Assembly: GCA_046483985.1 (NCBI GenBank)
Contig: JAWOCD010000001.1
Coordinates: 1-19,704 of the forward strand
Reading direction: 5' to 3'
Origin: Promethearchaeia archaeon
GTDB lineage: Archaea > Asgardarchaeota > Lokiarchaeia > Sigyniarchaeales > SOKP01
DNA length: 19,704 nucleotides
The notes beneath the pieces were generated by a model. The model made no database searches and had not been told where the DNA came from. It saw only the letters and a program-made list of their open reading frames with translations. The position numbers were made by a program, and so were the translations under genes. This document shows positions 1 through 7,881 of this stretch, piece after piece (position 1 is the stretch's first letter; each line of letters starts with the position of its first letter).

Positions 1-532
1 CTAATTCTTTTTCAAGATTAATATCGCTAACTACGTTCAATTCAATATATTCTTTGAATCGGGATAATTCTAAGTTTTTACGGATATGCTGCACGTTGCG
101 AATAAACTCTCGCACAAAACCTTCTTGTAATAAGTCGTCATTGAGTTCAGAATTAATCAAAACGGTGCCATAATTCGCTAAATTTACCGCATAGGGTTCT
201 TTGGCTTGCTGCTCAATCTCAAAATGGTCTTTATTGATGACAAATTCCTTTCCATCTAACTTGACTTTTAATTTGCCCTTTAAGAAGTTGTTGCGAATGT
301 CTTCTACCTCTTGAGATTTTAAATATTCCTCCACTTTAAGGCGGTCCTGCTTGAAATCCTTGCCAATGGCTCCATGATCTAATATTAGGTCCTCTTCATA
401 GAGCGATTTTGCCTTGTCTTCGGGAATAAAATTCAATTCCTTCACGTTTAACTCGGATTTAATGATGTGCTCAAATTTTTCCAGCAAAAGCTTATTATAA
501 AGAAGAGTTGAAGCACGTATTACTGAGTGCAT
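1..532 (-). pseudogene. Stand-alone C-terminal fragment of isoleucyl-tRNA synthetase (archaeal/IleRS2 type); runs off the window edge
   Basis: Not in the ORF track. Manual translation from ATG 532: MHSVIRASTLLYNKLLLEKFEHIIKSELNVKELNF...LLQEGFVREFIRNVQHIRKNLEL. The ELNVKE and EGxxRExxxxxQxxRK motifs are typical of the IleRS C-terminus. An in-frame TAA lies at 544-542 and there is no room upstream for the catalytic domain. Confidence 0.75.
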
Positions 533-639
533 TTCAATATTTTATGAATACCGGTCCGCCCCTTCCAAAATTTTGTCGGACAATAGATTTAATAGGAGAG
601 GGGTGTATTTTTATTTAGTCAAGTACTGATAATATACGA

Positions 640-688
640 AATTCATCCCCACCCTAAAGGGATGGGGACTTCTTTCGCAGATCGTTAA
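640..688 (-). mobile_element. IS200/IS605-family left-end hairpin relic
   Basis: Hairpin TCCCCACCC-TAAA-GGGATGGGGA at 646-668 within AATTCATCCC...CTTCTTTCG. Resembles the left-end motif at 19601-19637 (GCAATTCATCCCAACCTAAAAGACGGTGCTTTCTCGC). Confidence 0.7.
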
Positions 689-2606
689 AAAATGAATGAA
701 TATAAAGCTTTTTCTGTATCCCATATAACTCATATATTGATTGTTCTATCTGATTTAGTTTTTTACGAGATTTTTCCTCAAATTCGCTCTTATTTTTAGC
801 CATCTTCAAGACCTCTTTTACGCATTTGGATAATTTTTCGGCTATTTTCTTTTCCCTTTTACTCTTGGGAACAACAATAGGCAATTCTTTTATTTTCTCG
901 ATTAAAATGCGTGGAAACAAGAGCTTATATGAGCCAAAACTTTTGAGAAAATAATATGATAAAAGCTCTGAATTTAACAATCCCAATAAATAATAATGGT
1001 TAAAATAATGGTTGTCGTTTACATTTCCGCGAATTTTCAGATTGTAAATTGACTGTGTAGTTAATGAGAGATTCTCATCATATGTTGCACAAATCATATT
1101 ATTCTCGCTAATTTGCCGGATAAGAATTCTATTTCTGTATAAATTTAGGGGTTTATAATTAATTCCATTTTTATTTTTATTGATATATTTATATTCCTCA
1201 ATATAATATCGATTAATGGCATAAACAAAAGGAAGATAATTCGCGTTTGAATTAACCGGAATCTCATCAACAATAATCCTTTCTATATTCTTTTCCTCAA
1301 TGTTTGTATCGCATATCTTGCAACTGAGGTTGTTTCTTCGTTTAGGTAAAGGATAGTATTTTTTACAAATTGAACAATAGAAGATCTTGCCGTCTTTCCC
1401 AATTTCAACTCCTCTTTGAAGTTTAATAGCAATATTATCTCTGTCGATTAGATCTTTTATTTTAGGGAAGTTTTTATTCAAATGATTAAGTAAAGATATA
1501 TCTTTTTCATTCAAATTGATTAGAAATCTATAATCCCAGTCCTTGAATCTTTTTTGCTTCAATTTTGTTTTATGCTGTGAAGTTTTAATGGAAATATAAT
1601 TATCACGCCGAAGATTATATGAGTTTTCTTTCTTAAGGATGATGATGATATTTGATACACTTAAGTTTTGAAACTTTTCACCTACATGGTTGATTTCCTT
1701 AATTTTTGTATGGTCCATTATATATTTTCGAATAATTTTCCTGTTAGAAAGAGCTAATAGAGAATCGGGAACAATATAGCCTAATTTTCCTCCTTGTGTT
1801 AACAACCTAATTCCCAATTCAACAAAAATTTGGTAATAATCATATTGTCCTTTATTGGTTTTAAAATCTGAAGAATCAATTAATCGTTTTTGTTGAGCGG
1901 GAATGCCACGAATGAACACGTACGGAGGATTCCCCAGGACAATATCAAAGCCTTCAGAGGGGAAAGTAAGATTTGGCGTATCAAGTAATTTCAGAGAATT
2001 CATATGATAAATGTGGAATCTTTCAGGAATATAGCCAGGATCCTCTTGGAGAATTAGTGATATAAGATCAAATAAGGCGTAGTAAATGTTCAATTCACAG
2101 AGAAAGCAAGCAATCGGGTTTAGATCTATGCCAAATACACGTTCCCGTATGTTTTTAATTATCGTTTTAGCTTGAGAGGGAGTGAATTGCTGAATTCTTT
2201 CTATATCGTAGAGAATTGTAAACCTTTGGATTAATCTTTTGATAACTTGGATTAAGAAACTTCCAGAACCACAACTGGGGTCTATCACACATAGATTCTC
2301 AATATCTTGATGGGGAAAATAACCCAATACATCCAATATATAGTTAATAATAGCGATAGGAGTATAAAACTCCCCTAGATCTTCTCGCTCGGATTTGGGA
2401 ATTATCTTTTGATATAAGAAGCTAAAAAAGTCTATATATTTTGACGGTTCACGAGCAAATTCCTCATAAAGGTTGTGGAGCTTATTACTATCTTCCAAAT
2501 ACGAGGTTATCTTTTGAAAGTGAGAAGATTCTCCATACTCGTTCTCATTTTTAAGCTCCTCCAGAATTCCTGATTTTAGAAGAAATTTAATGTATGCTCG
2601 ATACAT
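654..2606 (-). CDS. N6-adenine DNA methyltransferase (gamma class, TaqI/Eco57I-like) with C-terminal target-recognition domain
   Basis: Motif X GEFYTP, motif I DPSCGSGSF, motif IV GNPPY. TaqI_C-like region RILIRQI...YLLGLLNSELLSYYF. CxxC...CxxC insertion in the TRD. Confidence 0.9.
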   Translation of the reverse strand: MYRAYIKFLLKSGILEELKNENEYGESSHFQKITSYLEDSNKLHNLYEEFAREPSKYIDFFSFLYQKIIPKSEREDLGEFYTPIAIINYILDVLGYFPHQDIENLCVIDPSCGSGSFLIQVIKRLIQRFTILYDIERIQQFTPSQAKTIIKNIRERVFGIDLNPIACFLCELNIYYALFDLISLILQEDPGYIPERFHIYHMNSLKLLDTPNLTFPSEGFDIVLGNPPYVFIRGIPAQQKRLIDSSDFKTNKGQYDYYQIFVELGIRLLTQGGKLGYIVPDSLLALSNRKIIRKYIMDHTKIKEINHVGEKFQNLSVSNIIIILKKENSYNLRRDNYISIKTSQHKTKLKQKRFKDWDYRFLINLNEKDISLLNHLNKNFPKIKDLIDRDNIAIKLQRGVEIGKDGKIFYCSICKKYYPLPKRRNNLSCKICDTNIEEKNIERIIVDEIPVNSNANYLPFVYAINRYYIEEYKYINKNKNGINYKPLNLYRNRILIRQISENNMICATYDENLSLTTQSIYNLKIRGNVNDNHYFNHYYLLGLLNSELLSYYFLKSFGSYKLLFPRILIEKIKELPIVVPKSKREKKIAEKLSKCVKEVLKMAKNKSEFEEKSRKKLNQIEQSIYELYGIQKKLYIHSFFNDLRKKSPSL

Positions 2607-2773
2607 AAAAACTTTTTATCAAATATTTTATATCTTTTAAATTTGTTCTTTTTATTTGGAATATTCTGAAAAATGTTTATATACAAAAAATACTCAGTAA
2701 ATATTTAAATTTAATAAGATTAATTAGTTTTAATTAATCCAAGAAATTCAATAAATAATCGGAACTTGATACT

Positions 2774-3892
2774 ATGATTTTAAATTTCATATTAATATTT
2801 CTTTCAATTCTCATTTCAATAATTGGAATTGGATTTACGATTAAATCAAAAAAAAATATGGGATTTCTACATCTTTCTGGATTAATTATCTTGATTTATA
2901 TATTTGTGGGAATTCTTAATCCCATTCTCATCGAATTTGCAACTGGAACTTATTGTCCAAGGGATATGGCTCTCAATTTTTGGATCATTTCAATCATTCT
3001 GCGGAACATCTCAGTATGGATAATTATATACACCCATTATATTATTTTGGAATATAAAGAATTTCAAATCATTCCCATTCCTATTATTATTATTTCAATA
3101 GTCGTTGGATTAATTTTCAGTTTACTTTTTACTGCGAATCCCTTCCAAATAATTCAAAAAGGAGACCGCTATTTCTTCTTTTTAAATAATGCTCTTTATC
3201 TTGGAATTTTGATATCCTTCGATATTATAAGTATTCTATTTCTGTGTATTATACAAGTACGTAATTTCTCAAGAATTAGATATAAAAGACTTGCAACCGA
3301 GTTAAATGTAATTCTCGTCATGGTTTCCAGCATAATAATTACACATGGTATCTTTAATCTAACGCAAGTAATATATTTCTGGCAAATTCATATCCTTCTT
3401 TTCTTAATAGGGGGTTTTTTAGTACTATATATCGTACTAAAACGACCAGAAGTTTTTACAATCTTAACCAATAAATTATATGAATTTATTGTTTTTCATA
3501 AGTCGGGAATCCTACTTTATTCGTATAATTTTGCAACAGGAAAGGAAAAAGATGAATCAGTGGTTAAGGGAACCATTCTAATCGGTATTAATCATATCCT
3601 TTCAAATCTCACTGAAAGAAGAAGTCTATTAAATCTTATAAAAATGCCGCACAGAGATATATTATTAGAGTATAATAGCAATTTAGGATGTGCTGTAATG
3701 TTGATCACCAATCAAATAAATTCCGTCTTGGAGCGATCTTTGGGAAAATTTATGAAATCTTTCTCTGAAAAAAATAGAAGAAAGTTTGAAAAAATGAATG
3801 GCGGGCTCATCGATGTTTCCGAATTTAAAGAAACTAAACAACTATTAAAGAAATATTTTGAAGCTTATTTGCCACAATCTTTCGGAATATAG
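2774..3892 (+). CDS. Multi-pass (about 7 TM) membrane protein with C-terminal longin-like domain
   Basis: Seven hydrophobic segments in aa 1-222. Soluble tail begins EFIVFHKSGILLYSYNF (longin beta1-beta2 pattern) and ends VSEFKE. Confidence 0.7.
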   Translation: MILNFILIFLSILISIIGIGFTIKSKKNMGFLHLSGLIILIYIFVGILNPILIEFATGTYCPRDMALNFWIISIILRNISVWIIIYTHYIILEYKEFQIIPIPIIIISIVVGLIFSLLFTANPFQIIQKGDRYFFFLNNALYLGILISFDIISILFLCIIQVRNFSRIRYKRLATELNVILVMVSSIIITHGIFNLTQVIYFWQIHILLFLIGGFLVLYIVLKRPEVFTILTNKLYEFIVFHKSGILLYSYNFATGKEKDESVVKGTILIGINHILSNLTERRSLLNLIKMPHRDILLEYNSNLGCAVMLITNQINSVLERSLGKFMKSFSEKNRRKFEKMNGGLIDVSEFKETKQLLKKYFEAYLPQSFGI

Positions 3893-3908
3893 TCTTATAA
3901 AAAAAAAC

Positions 3909-4030
3909 TTGAACAACTCACGCATGAAGGCGTGATTCATACTCCCTAATGCGTAATACACACATTAGAAAATACGGAGTGGTTCTCCACCCCAAGATGG
4001 TCGCCCCCGAAGGAACGGTCAACTTGAATA
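3909..4030 (-). mobile_element. Isolated IS605-type right end / tnpB 3' omegaRNA scaffold
   Basis: 3942-4028 aligns without gaps to 19224-19310 (69/87 identical, hand count). Ends GAAT-CACGC-CTTCAT-GCGTG-AGTTGTTCAA on the minus strand. Confidence 0.85.
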
Positions 4031-4113
4031 AAGCTTTAATAAAATGGAAAAATTATTTTTAATAAGTGATTTCCTCATAAGTAAGAATTTGTAGTTTAGA
4101 GTTAATAGAATTT

Positions 4114-5274
4114 ATGTTAGACGGAACAATTATTGTATTGATTGGGGGATTAATAATTTCCCTCATAGGATCGATATATATATTACTATATATTTTTTAT
4201 TTTCATAAAGACGAATATAGCCCCAACCTTATTACTACTTTAATTTCAGTTGCCATCGGGAATGGAGGTATAATCTATTCCATTTTGTTTGTTATTCCAA
4301 TAATAATTTATTTTCCAGGAGGTCATTTAAATAATATACTTTGGAAAATTGCTCTTATAGAAGGTTTTATCTCAATGATACTAAATACTATTCTCTATGT
4401 TTTTATAAAAGAATACAAAAAGATCCCGCTTATTCCTTTCATTGTATTCAGCACATTATTCGGGATTCTGGGAGGAGCGATATTATTTCCAGGGTCGATT
4501 CAATTTGAATCAAATCTATCAAACGATACCCCCGTATTATTATCTTCTATTGAACAAATAAATATTTCATTCTCTAATTTCGTAGGCGGAGTAATCATTG
4601 TTTTTGAGATATGCCTTTTATTTTATGACTTTTTTATTATGTATCAAATTCATCAAGATTCACGGAATAAAATAATTAGTTTGGGCATTATCCTTAACTC
4701 ATTTTTATATAGTTTTCCGATTATAATGATAATATTTTTTATAGCTTTTAGACAGATGGTCTTTTTATTTCTACATATCACCTTAACATGGCTTACTATT
4801 TTATCTATAGGATATGTATTCACTAAGAAACCTACTCTATTTACGGTACTAACCCAAAAAGTTTGTGCTCTCAACATATATCATAAATCTGGTGTACTCT
4901 TATACTCCTATCAATTTAAGGATTCCCAGGAGAAGAAATCAGATTCAGCAGTCTGGGGGAATATTTTAATCGGTTTAAATTATATTATTTCTGAATTTAT
5001 AAATTCAGAAGACCAGATTGACGTACTTCAAACTAAAAATTATGATATCGTGGTTGATTATAATAATGACTATGGTTATGCTGTATTGGCTCTTACAAAC
5101 AAGAAAAATGAATTGGTAAAAAAATATATGAAATCATTTTCTACTCAATTTTGTGAAAAGTACAAGGATGAACTCGATGAAATTCAAGATTTAAACAAAA
5201 TGATTAATGTTTCAGAATTTAAAGAAGCAGACGCAATAGTTAGAGAGAATTTTGAAATCTATCTGAAAGAATAA
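4114..5274 (+). CDS. Multi-pass (about 7 TM) membrane protein with C-terminal longin-like domain, paralog of 2774..3892
   Basis: Seven hydrophobic segments. Shares HKSGxLLYSYxF, GxILIGxNxIxS, YNxxxGxAV and VSEFKE with the upstream gene. Confidence 0.7.
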   Translation: MLDGTIIVLIGGLIISLIGSIYILLYIFYFHKDEYSPNLITTLISVAIGNGGIIYSILFVIPIIIYFPGGHLNNILWKIALIEGFISMILNTILYVFIKEYKKIPLIPFIVFSTLFGILGGAILFPGSIQFESNLSNDTPVLLSSIEQINISFSNFVGGVIIVFEICLLFYDFFIMYQIHQDSRNKIISLGIILNSFLYSFPIIMIIFFIAFRQMVFLFLHITLTWLTILSIGYVFTKKPTLFTVLTQKVCALNIYHKSGVLLYSYQFKDSQEKKSDSAVWGNILIGLNYIISEFINSEDQIDVLQTKNYDIVVDYNNDYGYAVLALTNKKNELVKKYMKSFSTQFCEKYKDELDEIQDLNKMINVSEFKEADAIVRENFEIYLKE

Positions 5275-5326
5275 CTTGTATTCTAATACAGAAACAAGAA
5301 CAATAAAGAGAAAAAAGAGATTTGAA

Positions 5327-6925
5327 CTACCAATTATTTTTTTCTTTTAAAAGCTTGAAAATATAGGAGTCCACTAAGGCATCCCAGGATGCCACAATAA
5401 TATTCTCATGGGCTCCGATTGTCCCCCATGTTCCCTCTTTATCATATGTTTCAGCAAGGACACGTACGGTTGAAGCAGTACCTGCTTGAGAGATGATTCT
5501 CACCTTAAAATCAGACAAATTAATTTCCTTAATGCTTGGATAAAAATGACATAATGATTTTTTAAGTGCATTATCCAAGGCATTAACTGGTCCATTACCC
5601 TCAGCCGCAGTATGAAATTCCTTTCCGCCCACTTTTAATTTTATAGTGGCTTCAGATATGAGATTATCTTTATAGCGTTCGGTTAGTACGCGAAATCCTT
5701 CAAGTTCAAAGAATTTTTTCCGATAATAGTTGGGATCTTGGATATTCATATCCATACTACGCATTATTATCTCTAAACTTCCCTCAGCGCCTTCATATGA
5801 ATACCCTTGATTTTCCTTTCTCTTAATAACCCTCAGAATTTCTCTTACTTTAGGGTTATCCTCGGTTAAGGGGATACCAAATTTCTTGGCCATATGTAAA
5901 ATGGAACTTTTCCCTGCCAATTCAGAAACCTTAATATCCCGTACATTTCCTACTAATTCTGGGTCGATATGTTCATAGGTTTTGGCGTTTTTTAAAATAG
6001 CAGAAGCATGGACCCCTCCTTTATGAGAGAATGCATTCCTGCCAACAAAGGGTTGATCTGGATTTCCGGGAAGATTAGCCATTTCATTAACAAAGTGAGA
6101 CACTTCGGTTAAATTTTTAAGATGTTCCTCATCGATACAGTTTACGCCCATTTTCATCTTAAATACCGGGATGAGAGCGGTTAAATCGGTATTTCCACTC
6201 CGCTCACCGAAACCATTAATTGTTCCTTGAATTAATTCAACGCCATGATTATATGCCTCAAGAGCAATACCATTTGCCATACCACAATCATTATGCGCAT
6301 GAAAACCCAACTTAATTGAAGGGATCTGTGTTTGGATCTCCTCAAGAATGGGGCCCACCTCATACGGAAGGATACCTCCGTTAGTATCACATAGAGTAAT
6401 CCATGAAGCGCCAGCTTCATGTGCTGTTCTGATGCAGCTTATTGCATACTCTTTATTACTCTTGTATCCATCAAAAAAATGCTCTGCATCAAAGATAACA
6501 TCAATATCATGATCTTTTAAATGAAGGATGGTGTCTCGAATCATTGCTAAGTTTTCTTCCAAGGTTGTCTCTAATGCGGACTCTACATGTAAATCCCATG
6601 TTTTTCCGAAGATAGTAGCCCCTTCAACTTCCGCATCAAGAATTGCTTGGAGGTTTCTATCATTTTTCGTTTTCATATCTTTCCTTCTTGTGCTGGAAAA
6701 TGCGTAAATTTTCGTGTTATTAAAATTCTTTTTTTTAAGCTCTTTAAATAATTCGATATCTTTCGGATTAGAGCCCGGCCATCCCGCTTCGATCATGGGG
6801 ATCTCTATATCACGGACTAATCTTTCCAATATACGTAATTTATCCTCCATCGAGAAGGCAATGCCAGTTTTTTGTGCTCCTTCTCGAAGTGTTGCATCAT
6901 AAAGATATACCTTTCTTTCTTCCAA
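5327..6925 (-). CDS. cimA: Citramalate synthase (DRE-TIM family, long CimA type with C-terminal regulatory domain)
   Basis: DATLREGAQ, EAGWPGSNPKD, GKTWDLHV, DAEHFFDGYK, LCDTNGG, HAHND, HKGGVH, YEHIDPELVGN and GNGPVNALD. TTG start. Confidence 0.85.
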   Translation of the reverse strand: MEERKVYLYDATLREGAQKTGIAFSMEDKLRILERLVRDIEIPMIEAGWPGSNPKDIELFKELKKKNFNNTKIYAFSSTRRKDMKTKNDRNLQAILDAEVEGATIFGKTWDLHVESALETTLEENLAMIRDTILHLKDHDIDVIFDAEHFFDGYKSNKEYAISCIRTAHEAGASWITLCDTNGGILPYEVGPILEEIQTQIPSIKLGFHAHNDCGMANGIALEAYNHGVELIQGTINGFGERSGNTDLTALIPVFKMKMGVNCIDEEHLKNLTEVSHFVNEMANLPGNPDQPFVGRNAFSHKGGVHASAILKNAKTYEHIDPELVGNVRDIKVSELAGKSSILHMAKKFGIPLTEDNPKVREILRVIKRKENQGYSYEGAEGSLEIIMRSMDMNIQDPNYYRKKFFELEGFRVLTERYKDNLISEATIKLKVGGKEFHTAAEGNGPVNALDNALKKSLCHFYPSIKEINLSDFKVRIISQAGTASTVRVLAETYDKEGTWGTIGAHENIIVASWDALVDSYIFKLLKEKNNW

Positions 6926-6998
6926 TGTTCATCGACCAATCCTTTTGAGTTCTTCCATATTTATTTAGATAAATTTTAACCCATATTTATTATATAGT

Positions 6999-7049
6999 TG
7001 GAAAAGAGATAATAGAGAAAAGAAGAGGTTAAAAATTTCTTTCTTCTAT
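6999..7049 (-). terminator. Candidate attenuator hairpin plus pyrimidine tract between the leader ORF and cimA
   Basis: ATAGAAGAAAGAA pairs with TTCTTTTCTCTAT (13 positions, one mismatch, one G-U, 12-nt loop), followed by TATCTCTTTTCC. Confidence 0.45.
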
Positions 7050-7052
7050 GAA

Positions 7053-7118
7053 TTAAATAATAATTCCAATAATAGGGATAATACTGGTGGGGCTGCTCGG
7101 AATTATATTATTATTCAT
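7053..7118 (-). CDS. Putative isoleucine-rich leader peptide of cimA (MNNNIIPSSPTSIIPIIGIII)
   Basis: ATG at 7118 to TAA at 7055-7053. 9 of 21 codons are Ile, with no Leu or Val. Co-oriented with and 127 nt upstream of the Ile-pathway entry enzyme. Confidence 0.7.
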   Translation of the reverse strand: MNNNIIPSSPTSIIPIIGIII

Positions 7119-7143
7119 AATTATTCTAGTGTAAGTTAATTTG

Positions 7144-7157
7144 CTTTTTAATTTTTC
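7144..7157 (-). promoter_or_regulatory. Candidate BRE/TATA promoter for the leader-cimA transcript
   Basis: GAAAAA-TTAAAAAG ending 26 nt before the leader ATG. The AT-rich background weakens the call. Confidence 0.35.
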
Positions 7158-7235
7158 TGTTTTTTAGTGATCATTTGGACAATTTATAAATGATTATGTC
7201 CTTTTAGACATATTGATAAGAAAAAGTGAGTAACC

Positions 7236-7685
7236 ATGTCATCACATAAAAAAGAAGAGGTAATATATGGGGATTTATATCTTCGTATGTTTGCATGGTT
7301 TATTGATATCTCCCTCATCTTAATTGTGGGTTGGTTTTTATCTGAAATGATAATAGGGTCTTTTGGAATAACTGACTTTGGAATTATCTGGCTCGTGAAA
7401 AATCTCACTGATTTTATTCTAGGGTTTCTCTATTTTTGGCTAATGGAGACCATAACCGGCGGAAAAACGTTAGGAAAGTATGTGGTGAACATAAAAACCG
7501 TCGGCGAGAAAGAGTTAGAACCCGTTACTCCATACCGATACGCTGTCAATAATTTAACAAAATCGACTATCCTTTTAATACTTGATATCATATTTGGTTT
7601 TTTTCTCCGAAAGGGAAAGGAGAAAGGACAAATTCGCCACACACAACTGTTATCTCGAACCGTGGTCATAAAGGAAAGTCAATAA
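7236..7685 (+). CDS. RDD family membrane protein
   Basis: LRMFAWFID, YFWLME..GKTLGKYVVNIKTV and LSRTVVIK. Confidence 0.85.
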   Translation: MSSHKKEEVIYGDLYLRMFAWFIDISLILIVGWFLSEMIIGSFGITDFGIIWLVKNLTDFILGFLYFWLMETITGGKTLGKYVVNIKTVGEKELEPVTPYRYAVNNLTKSTILLILDIIFGFFLRKGKEKGQIRHTQLLSRTVVIKESQ

Positions 7686-7881
7686 TCGCTCTTTCTTATT
7701 TAACTTTTTACCCTTTGAAGTTTGATCTGCCTTACATAAATAACTTAAAAACATTAAAATTTAATATCCGATGGAATTTTTGAAAATCAGAATAGATATG
7801 AAATTTTAAAAATTGGTCTCTAGAAATTTTAAAGTACACCATTCCCATATTCAAAGTAGTTAAGCAATTGGAGGTTAAAAA

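Noticed and set aside
640-670. GC hairpin as the MTase intrinsic terminator
   Set aside because: It overlaps the stop codon, lacks a U tract, and matches the IS605 left-end motif at 19601-19637.
5327-6925. Annotation as 2-isopropylmalate synthase (leuA)
   Set aside because: GWPGSNPKD, WDLHV and EHFFDGYK fit the citramalate synthase subfamily, and the Ile-only leader agrees.
6929-6931. In-frame UGA upstream of cimA as selenocysteine
   Set aside because: It lies outside the conserved domain, is not at a Cys-equivalent position, and no SECIS was recognised.
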